Shown here: piece after piece, positions 9,978 to 20,242 of the stretch
Layout of the letters: each line of letters begins with the position of its first letter
Position numbering within the stretch: the first letter of the stretch is position 1
Assembly (NCBI GenBank): GCA_965207225.1
Contig: CBDBLV010000005.1
Coordinates: 1 to 64,000 of the forward strand
Direction of reading: 5' to 3'
Length of the DNA: 64,000 nt
Source: Dehalococcoidia bacterium
GTDB lineage: Bacteria; Chloroflexota; Dehalococcoidia; Plut-88900
Program-made: the position numbers and the translations under genes
The notes under the pieces: generated by a model
Database searches by the model: none
The model's input: the letters and a program-made list of their open reading frames with translations, nothing else
What the model was told of the DNA's origin: nothing

Positions 9978-11435
9978 ATGGTTAGCACGATGCCGTCCCG
10001 GTCCCAGGAGATAAGGAGCAAGCTGCGCCACCCGATCATCGACTCAGATGGGCACAACCTGGAGCTGAACCCCGCCCTGCTGGACTACGTGCAGAATATC
10101 GGGGGCCGGGACACAAGGGACCGGTTCGAGGAGATGCTGAAGTTCAGCGAGAAGCACGAGTGGGTGGAGATGTCCGACGAGGACCGTCGCTACAACTGGC
10201 TCACCGCACCGGCGTGGTGGGGGATGCCGGCTAGCAACACGTACGACCGGGCCACGGCCTCTCTCCCGAAATTGCTCCATCGACGGATGGACGAGCTGGG
10301 CATCGACTACGCTGTAATCTACCCAACCTGGCGCCCGGGCCTCATGCGGTTCCAGGATGAGCGTGACGACGAGATCAGGCGGGTTTCGTGCCGGGCGTTG
10401 AACGCCTACCACGCCGACATCTACGGCGAGTACTCCGACAGGATGACCCCCGCGGCGATGATCCCCATGTACACCCCCGAGGAAGCCATCGACGAGCTTG
10501 AATACTCGATCAAGACGCTCAATCTCAAGGTGCCGGTGATAGCCAGCTTGGTGCGCCGCACCATACCAAAACTGGAAGAACAGGCCCCCGACCTTGCGTG
10601 GCACGTGCATCGACTCGATACCCTGGGGCTGGACAGCGACTACGACTACGACCCGTTCTGGGCCAAGTGCATGGAGCTTGGCACGGCCCCTGCCTGCCAC
10701 GCCAGTGCATTCGAATGGGAGGCCCAGGGCTCGATATCAAGCTACGTCTACAACCACATCGGGGCGTTCGCCAAGGCCAGCGAGGCGTTTTGTAAGGCCC
10801 TGTTCATGGGCGGGGTGACGCGCCGGTTCCCGGACCTCAACGTGGCCTTCCTGGAGGGAGGGGTGGGGTGGGCCTGCTCGTTGTACGCCGGGATCATCTC
10901 CCACTGGGAAAAACGGAACGGCCGCGAGATCTGGAAGCTGGACCCCAACACCGTCGACAAAGAGATGATGCTCGGGCTCATAGACCAGCACGGGCACAGG
11001 TCAATGCAGGCCAGAAGGTCCGATATCGAGCGGATGATAGAGGCCGGGGACGCGACTCCCAGCCAGGTGGATGACTGGCACCGGGTCCAGATGGAGTCAG
11101 TGGAGGAGATGCAGGACCTGTTCATCAAGCCCTTCTACTTCGGCTGCGAAGCCGACGATCCCATGAACGCCTGGGCTTTCAACACCAAGGTAAACCCGAT
11201 GGGTGCGAGGCTGAAGGCGGTGTTCAGCTCGGATATCGGACATTGGGATGTGCCTGACATGTGTGAAGTGGTAGAGGAGGCCTACGAAATGGTGGAGCAC
11301 GAGATGATGTCGGACACCGACTTCGAGGACTTCGTTTTCACCAACGCCGTGCACCTGTATGCAGACATGAACCCGGACTTCTTTAAGGGGACGGCAGTGG
11401 AGTCGGATGCGGCTCGGGTGCTGAACGGCGCCTAG
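9978..11435 (+). CDS. Amidohydrolase_2 family protein, array copy 1 (type A)
   Basis: IDSDGH, FLEGGVGW, FGCEADD, FSSDIGHWD. Confidence 0.9.
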   Translation: MVSTMPSRSQEIRSKLRHPIIDSDGHNLELNPALLDYVQNIGGRDTRDRFEEMLKFSEKHEWVEMSDEDRRYNWLTAPAWWGMPASNTYDRATASLPKLLHRRMDELGIDYAVIYPTWRPGLMRFQDERDDEIRRVSCRALNAYHADIYGEYSDRMTPAAMIPMYTPEEAIDELEYSIKTLNLKVPVIASLVRRTIPKLEEQAPDLAWHVHRLDTLGLDSDYDYDPFWAKCMELGTAPACHASAFEWEAQGSISSYVYNHIGAFAKASEAFCKALFMGGVTRRFPDLNVAFLEGGVGWACSLYAGIISHWEKRNGREIWKLDPNTVDKEMMLGLIDQHGHRSMQARRSDIERMIEAGDATPSQVDDWHRVQMESVEEMQDLFIKPFYFGCEADDPMNAWAFNTKVNPMGARLKAVFSSDIGHWDVPDMCEVVEEAYEMVEHEMMSDTDFEDFVFTNAVHLYADMNPDFFKGTAVESDAARVLNGA

Positions 11436-11503
11436 GCGTTGACCCAGTCCTGGATTCCCGACTTCTCGTAAATGGCAGGCATGTAGGACAGGAAGAACAG
11501 AGA

Positions 11504-12973
11504 ATGGTCGCGACTAAGGGCTCTCGGAGCCAGCAGATACGCAGCAAGCTGCCCCATCCGATTGTGGATGCGGACGGGCACATACTGGAGCTCACGCCCG
11601 TGCTCTCGGACTACGTCTACCAAGTAGGTGGGGCTGACGCCCGGGACCTGTTCGACAGGACGATGGTCGGGGCAGCGGAGACGGGGAACGCGGCTACAAT
11701 CGGCGGCAAAACGTGGTTCGAAATGGACCTGGAGGAGAAGAAGGAGGCGTGGTTCTCGGCGCCGCCCTGGTGGGCCATGCCGACACGCAGCGCCCTGGAC
11801 CGGGCCACGGCCACCGTGCCTCGGGTCCTGAACGACCGCATGGATGAGCTGGGCATGGACTACGCCGTCCTGTACACCACCACCGGCCTGGCCTTCGACC
11901 TGATAGAGCCACAGGAGCAGAAACTCATCGTGGTCCGGGCCATCAACGCCTACGCGGCGGACATTTACAGGCCTTATTCCTACCGGATGACGCCCGCGGC
12001 CATAGTGCCCATGGACACGCCGGAGATCGCTATAAGGGAGATGGAGTACGCGGTAAATGAGCTAGGGCTGAAGGCGATCATGCTGCCGGGTCGGGTGAAG
12101 AGGCCAATCGGGAAGTACCGGGATGACCACCCGGGCTCCGAGAGGTACATCAGTAAAATGGACGTCATCGGCATTGATAGTGATTACGACTACGACCCGT
12201 TCTGGAAGCGGTGCCAGGAGATGAGGATAGTGCCCGCATCCCACGGCAGCGATGCCGGCTGGGGCGCTATCAGCGTCAGCAACTACGTATTCAACCACCT
12301 GAGTTCCTTCGCCTACGCCCACGATACGTTCTGCAAGGCCTTGTTCATGGGCGGGGTGACGAAACGGTTCCCGGGCCTGAACTTCATGTTCCTGGAGGGC
12401 GGGGTGGGCTGGGCGTGTAACCTTTATTCGGACATCATAGCCCGCTGGGGAAAGCGGAACGGAAATATGATCGGGAGGCTGGACCCGAGCAAGATTGACC
12501 TGGAACTGGCTATGGCGCTCGCCCATGAGTACGCGGAGGGCCGGATTGCGGAGCACTTGGACGAGGTACGGGTCAATTTTGCGGCCCCCCGCCCCACCCC
12601 GCCCGAGCTTGATGATTGGCGTCACGTCTCCATGGAAAGCATCGAGGAGATGAAGGACCTGTTCGTCGGACCCTTCTACTTCGGTTGCGAGGCTGATGAC
12701 CCGATGAATGCCTGGGCCTTTGACTCCAAGGTCAACCCGATGGGGGCGAAGCTGAAGGCGGTATTCAGCTCGGATATCGGACACTGGGACGTGCCGGACA
12801 TGCGAGAGGTAGTGGAAGAGGCCTACGAGATGCTGGAGCACGAGCTGATGACGGAGGACGACTTCCGGGCCTTCGTTTTCGAAAACGTGGTGAATATGTA
12901 CGGGCAAGTGAACCCCGACTTCTTCAAGGGGACCGCCGTGGAAAAGCAGGCAGAGGAAGTGTTGAATGGTTAG
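11504..12973 (+). CDS. Amidohydrolase_2 family protein, array copy 2 (type B)
   Basis: VDADGH, ASHGSD, FLEGGVGW, FSSDIGHWD. Confidence 0.9.
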   Translation: MVATKGSRSQQIRSKLPHPIVDADGHILELTPVLSDYVYQVGGADARDLFDRTMVGAAETGNAATIGGKTWFEMDLEEKKEAWFSAPPWWAMPTRSALDRATATVPRVLNDRMDELGMDYAVLYTTTGLAFDLIEPQEQKLIVVRAINAYAADIYRPYSYRMTPAAIVPMDTPEIAIREMEYAVNELGLKAIMLPGRVKRPIGKYRDDHPGSERYISKMDVIGIDSDYDYDPFWKRCQEMRIVPASHGSDAGWGAISVSNYVFNHLSSFAYAHDTFCKALFMGGVTKRFPGLNFMFLEGGVGWACNLYSDIIARWGKRNGNMIGRLDPSKIDLELAMALAHEYAEGRIAEHLDEVRVNFAAPRPTPPELDDWRHVSMESIEEMKDLFVGPFYFGCEADDPMNAWAFDSKVNPMGAKLKAVFSSDIGHWDVPDMREVVEEAYEMLEHELMTEDDFRAFVFENVVNMYGQVNPDFFKGTAVEKQAEEVLNG

Positions 12974-14405
12974 TACGACACCTTCAAGGAGCCAGGACCT
13001 GCGGGCCCGGGTCGGGCACCCGATCATCGACTCGGACGGGCATTTCCTGGAGGTGATGCCGCTGGTCGAGGAGTTCGTGGGGGAGGTCGGCGGGGCGAAG
13101 ATGAAGGAGCGTTACAGGCAGGGGATGGACGAGGCCGTCGGCGTCCCCTGGCACGAGATGTCCCAGGAGCAGCGCAACTACGAATTTGTAACGGCCCCAG
13201 GGTGGTGGTTCGAATCGTCAAGCACGCTGGACAGGGTGACAACTACCATCCCGAAGCTGTTGCACTCCAGAATGGACGAGATTGGGATTGACTACTCGGT
13301 GCTGTACCCGACCCAGGGACTCTTCTTCGATCGTATCCCGGGCCCCGAGGTGAGGCAGGTGGGGTGTCGGGGGTTGAATGCGTACATGGCCGAGGTATTC
13401 GGGCCGTGCGCCGACCGGATGACTCCCGCGGCGGCAATACCAATGCAGACCCCGGAAATGGCCATCGAAGAGCTGGAATTTGCCGTGAATGAGCTCGGGC
13501 TCAAGGTAGCGATGATCCAGGGTCGGGCGATTCGTACTCTTATCAAGGTCGAAAAAGAGTTCCCTGAGCTGGGGAACGTGGGGCGCAGGATGGATGTCCT
13601 GACCATCGACAGCGACTATGACTATGATCCCTTCTGGGCCAAATGCGTTGAACTGAAGGTGGCCCCGGCGTCCCATGCAGCTAACATGGGCTGGGGCACC
13701 CGCTCGACGTCGAACTACATGTACAACCACATGAGCACCTTCTCGGTGGCCCACGAGACCCTCGCCAAGGCCTTGTTCCTCGGGGGGGTGACGAAACGGT
13801 TCCCGGAGCTTAGGGTGGCGTTCCTGGAGGGAGGCGTCGGGTGGGCGTGCAGGCTCTTCTCGGACATCATCGGGCACTGGGAGAAGCGAGGCGGAAGGGG
13901 TATAAGAGAGCTCAATCCACGACACCTGGATGTGGACGAGGTGATGGGCTACATCGAGGAGAAGGGGGAGCCCTCCCAGAAGGCACGGCTGGAGGAGATA
14001 CGGGGGTTATACCAGGCAGGAGAGCCTGCCCCCGAGGAGATTGACGACTTTTCCCGTGTCGGCATGGAACGGGTGGAAGAGATGCTGGACCTCTTCGTGC
14101 AACCCTTCTTCTTCGGGTGCGAGGCGGACGACCCGATGAACGCCCACGCATTCAACACCAGGGTGAACCCGCTCGGGGCCCGGCTACGGGCGATATTCAG
14201 CTCGGATTTCGCACATTGGGATGTACCAGACATCAGGGAGGTTGTTGAAGAGGCCTACGAGCTGGTGGAGCATGAATTGATGTCTGAGGAGGACTTCCGG
14301 GACTTCACGTTCACCAATGCGGTGCACTTCTACGGGGACATGAACCCCAACTTCTTCAAGGGGACAGTGGTGGAGGAAGAGGCGGGCAGGGTGCTGAAGG
14401 GATAG
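12966..14405 (+). CDS. Amidohydrolase_2 family protein, array copy 3 (type C)
   Basis: IDSDGH, ASHAANMGWGTRS, FSSDFAHWD; overlaps copy 2 by 8 nt. Confidence 0.9.
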   Translation: MVSTTPSRSQDLRARVGHPIIDSDGHFLEVMPLVEEFVGEVGGAKMKERYRQGMDEAVGVPWHEMSQEQRNYEFVTAPGWWFESSSTLDRVTTTIPKLLHSRMDEIGIDYSVLYPTQGLFFDRIPGPEVRQVGCRGLNAYMAEVFGPCADRMTPAAAIPMQTPEMAIEELEFAVNELGLKVAMIQGRAIRTLIKVEKEFPELGNVGRRMDVLTIDSDYDYDPFWAKCVELKVAPASHAANMGWGTRSTSNYMYNHMSTFSVAHETLAKALFLGGVTKRFPELRVAFLEGGVGWACRLFSDIIGHWEKRGGRGIRELNPRHLDVDEVMGYIEEKGEPSQKARLEEIRGLYQAGEPAPEEIDDFSRVGMERVEEMLDLFVQPFFFGCEADDPMNAHAFNTRVNPLGARLRAIFSSDFAHWDVPDIREVVEEAYELVEHELMSEEDFRDFTFTNAVHFYGDMNPNFFKGTVVEEEAGRVLKG

Positions 14406-14450
14406 AATACACACTAACTAGGGCTAACGGACCGAAAGCGGGGGAACTCA

Positions 14451-15920
14451 ATGGTAACTACAAGGCCGTCCAGAAGCCAGGAGATTAGGAGCAAGGTTGG
14501 GCACCCGATTATCGATGCGGACGGACACACGCTGGAGCTAACACCCGTGCTCTCGGACTATGTGTACGACCAGGGCGGTGCCGACGCCCGGGACAAGTTC
14601 GAGGAGATGATGCAGGGGGTCCCCGAGGCTGCTTCAGGGGGTGGTACTACAAACAGCAACTGGTTCTCCATGACGCCAGAGGAGCGCAAACGGAACTGGG
14701 AGCCCGCGACCCCCTGGTGGTTCGCACCCACTACCAACGTCCTCGACCGGGCCACTGCGACCCTGCCCAAGGTCCTGAACGAGCGGATGGACGAGTTGGG
14801 GATGGACTACGCCGTGTTGTACACGACGTTGGGCCTCGGGTTTGACCGAATCCAGGGGCAGGAACAGCGGTTCATCGTGTGCCGGGCCATGAACGCCTGT
14901 GTAGCGGACCTGTACCGGGAGTATTCGCACCGGATGACTCCCGCGGCAATCGTGCCGATGGACACGCCGGAGATCGCCATCCGAGAGATGGAATACGCCA
15001 TCAATGATCTCGGGCTGAAGACGATAATGCTCCCGGGTCGGGTGAACAGGCCCATACCCAAGCACCTGGATGAGCACCCCGAGGCCGAAGGCATAGCCCG
15101 CTATATCGACCTGATAGGCATCGACAGCGCATACGACTACGACCCCTTCTGGGCCCGCTGCCAGGAGATGGGCATCACGCCCGCCTCCCACGGCAGCGAC
15201 TTCTTCTGGGGCGCCGTATCGGTCTCCAAGTACATGTTCAACCACCTTAGCGCCTTCGCCCACGGCCACGACGCCTTTGCCAAGGCACTGTTCATGGGCG
15301 GTGTGACCAAGCGCTTCCCGGGCCTGAACTTCATATTCCTGGAGGGCGGAGTCGCCTGGGCATGCAACCTTTTCTCGGACATTATTGGTCACTGGGAGAA
15401 AAGGAACGGCAAGGCAATAGATAGGCTTAACCCTCAGCATATCGACCAGGAACTGATTCTGGACCTGTACCGGGAGTACGGCGAAGAGATCATGCAGTCC
15501 AAGATGGATGAGATTCGGGAGATGTACGCCAACCCCGACCCCCATCCCGCCGAGGTGGACGACTTTTCCAACGTCCCCATGGAGAACATCGAGGAGATGC
15601 TGGACCTGTTCATCGAGCCGTATTACTTCGGGTGCGAGGCTGACGACCCGATGAACGCCTGGGCCTTCAACACCAAGGTAAACCCGATGGGCGCCCGCCT
15701 GAAAGCGGTGTTCAGCTCGGATATCGGACACTGGGACGTCCCGGACATGCGAGAGGTAGTGGAGGAAGCCTACGAGCTGGTGGAGCACGAACTGATCAGC
15801 GAGGAAGACTTCCGGGACTTCATGTTCACCAACTCGGTCAACCTTTACGGCAAAGTCAACCCCACCTTCTTCGACGGAACGGCGGTGGAGTCGGAGGCCA
15901 GAGAGCTTCTGGGACGCTAG
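14451..15920 (+). CDS. Amidohydrolase_2 family protein, array copy 4 (type B')
   Basis: IDADGH, ASHGSD, FSSDIGHWD; most similar to copy 2. Confidence 0.9.
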   Translation: MVTTRPSRSQEIRSKVGHPIIDADGHTLELTPVLSDYVYDQGGADARDKFEEMMQGVPEAASGGGTTNSNWFSMTPEERKRNWEPATPWWFAPTTNVLDRATATLPKVLNERMDELGMDYAVLYTTLGLGFDRIQGQEQRFIVCRAMNACVADLYREYSHRMTPAAIVPMDTPEIAIREMEYAINDLGLKTIMLPGRVNRPIPKHLDEHPEAEGIARYIDLIGIDSAYDYDPFWARCQEMGITPASHGSDFFWGAVSVSKYMFNHLSAFAHGHDAFAKALFMGGVTKRFPGLNFIFLEGGVAWACNLFSDIIGHWEKRNGKAIDRLNPQHIDQELILDLYREYGEEIMQSKMDEIREMYANPDPHPAEVDDFSNVPMENIEEMLDLFIEPYYFGCEADDPMNAWAFNTKVNPMGARLKAVFSSDIGHWDVPDMREVVEEAYELVEHELISEEDFRDFMFTNSVNLYGKVNPTFFDGTAVESEARELLGR

Positions 15921-15946
15921 GGCCGCACCCCCATTTGGAGAAAACA

Positions 15947-17389
15947 ATGGTAAGTACCACACCATCCAGGTCCCGGGAGACAAGGAGCAAGGTCGGGCAC
16001 CCGATTATCGACTCCGACGGGCACACGTTGGAGATCGGGCCGATACTGCTGGACTTCGTCGAGAAGATAGGCGGCGGGGACATCAAGAAGCAGTACGAGG
16101 AGGCCATGCACAAGGCGTGGAACCTGCGTTGGTACGACTTGTCTGCTGAGGAGAGGCGGTATGAGTTCAGCACTGCGCCAGCGTGGTGGGTGATGCCCAC
16201 GAAGAACAGCCTGGACCGGGCCACGGCCTCGATACCACGGCTGCTAAACGAGCGGATGGATGAGCTCGGCCTCGACTATGCCGTTCTATACCCGACACGG
16301 AGCCTGCTCCTTGACCGGATCCCCGACCCCGAGGTGCGGCAGGTCGGGAGCCGGGCAGTGAACGCCTACCACGCCGAGCTATACGGTGGCTACTCCAGCC
16401 GCATGACCACCGCCGCCGCCATCCCCATGCACACCCCCGAGGTCGCCACTGAAGAGCTGGACTACGCAGTGAACGAGCTGGGCATGAAGGTGGCGATGAT
16501 CGAGGGTCGGTCCCTGCGACCCCTGTCCCAGGCCAAGGATGCTCCATCCCACCTGGCTTACCTGAATTCCCGCATGGACGTCATAGGCCTCGACAGTGAC
16601 TACGACTACGATCCGTTCTGGGCAAAGTGCATGGAACTGAACATCGCCCCTGCTTCTCACGCGGCGAACCTGGGCTGGGGCACCCGCTCCACGTCGAATT
16701 ACATGTTCAACCACATGGCCACCTTCGCCCTCGCTCATGAGCCCGTGGCCAAGGCCCTATTCATGGGTGGGGTGACGAAGCGGTTCCCGGGTCTCAACAT
16801 CGCCTTCCTGGAGGGTGGGGTGGGGTGGGCGTGCCGGCTATATGCGGACATGGTCGGGCACTGGGTGAAACGCAACGGCGTGGACATCATGAAACTCGAC
16901 CCAAAGAACCTGGACGTCGACGCCCTGATGAAGATGGTCGAAGAGAGCGGCGAGCCCTCCCAGAAGGCCCGACTCAAGGAGATCCGGGACTTCTACCTGG
17001 CCGATGAGCCCGCCCCCGAGGAGCTGGACGACTGGTCCCACGTTCCTATGGAGCGGGCCGAGGAGATGCTTGACCTGTTCGTGAAGCCCTTCTATTTCGG
17101 CTGCGAGGCCGACGACCCCATGAACGCCCACGCCTTCAACTCCAAGGTGAATCCCTATGGGGCCCGGCTGCAAGCGGTGTTCAGCTCGGACATCGGGCAC
17201 TGGGACGTGCCGGACATGCGGGAAGTCGTGGAGGAGGCCTATGAGTTGGTGGAGGACGAGCTAATCACCGCAGATGACTTCCGGGACTTCACCTTTACTA
17301 ACGCGGTCAACCTCTACGCGGGCATGAACCCGGACTTCTTCAAGGGCACGGTGGTGGAGGAAGCGGCTGATCGAGAGTTGGGGGGTTAG
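15947..17389 (+). CDS. Amidohydrolase_2 family protein, array copy 5 (type C')
   Basis: IDSDGH, ASHAANLGWGTRS, FSSDIGHWD; most similar to copy 3. Confidence 0.9.
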   Translation: MVSTTPSRSRETRSKVGHPIIDSDGHTLEIGPILLDFVEKIGGGDIKKQYEEAMHKAWNLRWYDLSAEERRYEFSTAPAWWVMPTKNSLDRATASIPRLLNERMDELGLDYAVLYPTRSLLLDRIPDPEVRQVGSRAVNAYHAELYGGYSSRMTTAAAIPMHTPEVATEELDYAVNELGMKVAMIEGRSLRPLSQAKDAPSHLAYLNSRMDVIGLDSDYDYDPFWAKCMELNIAPASHAANLGWGTRSTSNYMFNHMATFALAHEPVAKALFMGGVTKRFPGLNIAFLEGGVGWACRLYADMVGHWVKRNGVDIMKLDPKNLDVDALMKMVEESGEPSQKARLKEIRDFYLADEPAPEELDDWSHVPMERAEEMLDLFVKPFYFGCEADDPMNAHAFNSKVNPYGARLQAVFSSDIGHWDVPDMREVVEEAYELVEDELITADDFRDFTFTNAVNLYAGMNPDFFKGTVVEEAADRELGG

Positions 17390-17397
17390 AGAAGGCT

Positions 17398-17841
17398 GTG
17401 ACACTTGGACTAAACACGCTCGTTAGACAATCTTTCCTAGAGGAATTAAGAACGAGGGTTGGTCCGCTTAAGAGATTTGGGCATGGAAGGTCATTGTATA
17501 GAGAAGAACGAGGAGATCGACGTTTCTTTATTCGATATTCCAGAGTTTTCAAGGACTACAGCACGCTGTGGGGTTTGACCGATAGGGATCTTTCGGAACT
17601 GGAACGATATCATTCATTCATATGTCTTTTGTGGCCCAATCAGTGTGAACCCTTACTTTTGCCCATTAAGGAATTCGCTCCTCTTTTTCGAAGTTCCTCC
17701 CAAGACAAGAACGGGATGTATCTGGCAACCTTGCATTCCGCCAAGGAAAATGGTGTATTAGAGTTTAGAGTTAGTAATCCTCCGAGAAAGTTTGATGTGC
17801 GGCGTTGTTCGGGATGGAGACAACTAGGCACAGACAACTAA
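17398..17841 (+). CDS. Hypothetical protein, AT-richer than flanks
   Basis: 147-aa ORF filling the gap before pheT (3-bp spacer); visibly lower GC. Confidence 0.65.
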   Translation: MTLGLNTLVRQSFLEELRTRVGPLKRFGHGRSLYREERGDRRFFIRYSRVFKDYSTLWGLTDRDLSELERYHSFICLLWPNQCEPLLLPIKEFAPLFRSSSQDKNGMYLATLHSAKENGVLEFRVSNPPRKFDVRRCSGWRQLGTDN

Positions 17842-17844
17842 GTA

Positions 17845-20226
17845 ATGAAAGTATCTCTCAAGTGGCTCCGGGACTATGTGCCCGTGTCCCTGGAGCCGAA
17901 GGAACTGGCCCACAGGCTGACGATGGCGGGTATCGAGGTGGGGGACGTGGAGGAGGTGGGTGAGGCGTGGGAGGGCGTGTGTGTCGGGAGGGTCCGGGAG
18001 GTGAACAAGCACCCCAACGCCGACCGACTGTCCCTCTGCACCGTAGACCTGCCCAACGAGACCTTCGAAGTCATCTGCGGCGCGCCCAACGTGGCTGCGG
18101 GCCAGAACATCGCCTTTGCCAGGGTCGGGGCAGAGCTTGTTGACGGCCATTCCGGCAAACCTGTAAAGCTGAAGGCGGCAAAGATCCGGGGCGTGGTCTC
18201 AAGCGGCATGATCTGCTCTGAGAAGGAGCTGGGCATGTCGGAGGAGCACGAGGGGATTCTCGTGCTGCCGGAGGATGCGCCGCCGGGCATGCCGCTCCTC
18301 GAATACCTCGGAGACACCATCCTCGAACTGGAGCTGACACCCAACCGCCCCGACTGCCTGTCTATGCTCGGGGTAGCTCAGGAGGTGGCGGCCCTTACTG
18401 GTGGGCGGGTTACGGCTCCTGAAGTGACCTATGACGAAGAGGAGATAACGGCAGGGGAGATGGCAAAGGTGGAGATCAGTCACTCGGACTTGTGCAGCCG
18501 GTATACGGCAAGTATTGTGTCGGGCCTGAAGATCGGCCCTTCTCCGGCGTGGATGCAGGAACGGCTTAAGGCCTGCGGGATGCGGCCCATCAACAACGTT
18601 GTGGATATAACCAACTACGTGATGATGGAGTACGGGCAACCCCTTCACGCCTTCGACTACGACAAGGTGAAGGACCACCGTATAATCGTGCGCCGGGCGA
18701 GGGCCGGAGAGCGCCTGACGACCCTCGACGGCGAGGACCGCCCTCTGGATCCCGAGATGCTCCTAATCACCGACCCCGACGGCCCCATCGGCCTGGCAGG
18801 GGTGATGGGTGGCGCCAATACCGAGGTCACGGAAGATACCAAGACCCTTCTGTTGGAATCAGCGAACTTCAACAACGTGAACATCAGGCGCACGTCGACA
18901 AGGTTGCGGCTGCGAAGCGAGGCGTCCTTGAGATTCGACAAGGGCCTGAGTTCCGAGCTTCCTCCCAGAGGCCTGCGCCGTGCAACCCAACTGCTGGCCG
19001 CATTGGCTGAAGGAAAAGTGGCGAAAGACATCATCGACGTTTATCCAGGGGCCCGGGAGCGGGCAACCCTGCACCTAACCGAGGATCGGATACAACAGGT
19101 GTTGGGCATATCCATACCGATGGACAAGGTGCGGGGTGTTCTGGAGTCGTTGGGGTTTGAATGTAAGGAGTCGGGAGCGGGTGAATTGAAGGTGTCGGCG
19201 CCCTACTGGCGCACCGACATAAGCATCGAGGACGACCTGGTGGAGGAGGTAGCCCGCATCTCCGGATACGACGACATCCCCACTACACCCCTATCAGGTC
19301 GGATCCCTCCCAACGAGCCGGATGAAGCCCGGGGCCTGAGGGAAAGGGTGAAGGACATCCTGGCCGGGTGCGGGATGCAAGAAGTTGTGAACTACTCGCT
19401 GTCGGACCTGAAGGGGTTGGAGCAGGCGGGACTTTCTCACTTGACAGGAGTCGACTCGTTGAAGGTGGCGAACCCGTTGAGAGTCGAGCAGGAGTACTTG
19501 AGGCTTAGCCTGAGGCCCGGCCTGCTTGCCAATGTGGAGCACAACCGGAAATACCATCACGGGCCCTTGCTCATGTTCGAGGCAGGCAAGGTGTACATGC
19601 CCAAGAACGGTGCTCTCCCCGAGGAGCAGGAGGTACTGGCGGGAGTCGTGACCGGCAACGTCGACGACCCGATGGACGGGTTCCTTCGGTCCAAGGGTGT
19701 GCTGGAGACGATGTTGGGCAGGCTGGGCGTCGAGGCCCGGTTCGAGCGAGGCGAAAGTGAAGGTCTACACCCGGGCCGGGTGGTTGAAGTGTCCGCGAGA
19801 GGTGATAGGTTAGCCGTGATGGGAGAAGTGCATCCGCAAGTGCTGGAAGCGTTTGATATAGATGGTGCCTCGGTGCACGTGTTTGAAGTCGATCTGGGTA
19901 AGCTTAGAGCGCACCTCCCGACAGCCAAGCGGTACAGGCCCGTGTCCCGGTATCCGGGAGCGCTTCGGGACCTGGCCCTGATCGTGAATGCGGAAACACC
20001 GTCTCGGGCAGTGCAGGAAGTGATCACATCCTTCCCGCTGGTGACATCGGTCGAGTTGTTCGACGTATACTCGGGCGACCAGGTTGCAATGGGCAAGAAG
20101 TCGCTGGCGTTCCGGGTCCTCTACCAGTCGCCGAGCAGGACATTGAGCGAGCACGAGGTCACGATGGTGCAGGCGCAGCTCCTGGACAAGCTGGGTCGGG
20201 AGACGGGTGCAGTGTTGAGGGGATAG
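17845..20226 (+). CDS. pheT: Phenylalanine-tRNA ligase beta subunit
   Basis: MKVSLKWL, HPNADRL, TPNRPDCLS, GQPLHAFD, DLVEEVAR, C-terminal FDX-ACB. Confidence 0.98.
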   Translation: MKVSLKWLRDYVPVSLEPKELAHRLTMAGIEVGDVEEVGEAWEGVCVGRVREVNKHPNADRLSLCTVDLPNETFEVICGAPNVAAGQNIAFARVGAELVDGHSGKPVKLKAAKIRGVVSSGMICSEKELGMSEEHEGILVLPEDAPPGMPLLEYLGDTILELELTPNRPDCLSMLGVAQEVAALTGGRVTAPEVTYDEEEITAGEMAKVEISHSDLCSRYTASIVSGLKIGPSPAWMQERLKACGMRPINNVVDITNYVMMEYGQPLHAFDYDKVKDHRIIVRRARAGERLTTLDGEDRPLDPEMLLITDPDGPIGLAGVMGGANTEVTEDTKTLLLESANFNNVNIRRTSTRLRLRSEASLRFDKGLSSELPPRGLRRATQLLAALAEGKVAKDIIDVYPGARERATLHLTEDRIQQVLGISIPMDKVRGVLESLGFECKESGAGELKVSAPYWRTDISIEDDLVEEVARISGYDDIPTTPLSGRIPPNEPDEARGLRERVKDILAGCGMQEVVNYSLSDLKGLEQAGLSHLTGVDSLKVANPLRVEQEYLRLSLRPGLLANVEHNRKYHHGPLLMFEAGKVYMPKNGALPEEQEVLAGVVTGNVDDPMDGFLRSKGVLETMLGRLGVEARFERGESEGLHPGRVVEVSARGDRLAVMGEVHPQVLEAFDIDGASVHVFEVDLGKLRAHLPTAKRYRPVSRYPGALRDLALIVNAETPSRAVQEVITSFPLVTSVELFDVYSGDQVAMGKKSLAFRVLYQSPSRTLSEHEVTMVQAQLLDKLGRETGAVLRG

Positions 20227-20242
20227 AGGGAAAGAGGCTGAT

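Noticed and set aside
12062-15983. Long antisense ORFs over the amidohydrolase array
   Set aside because: Expected antisense shadows of high-GC genes.
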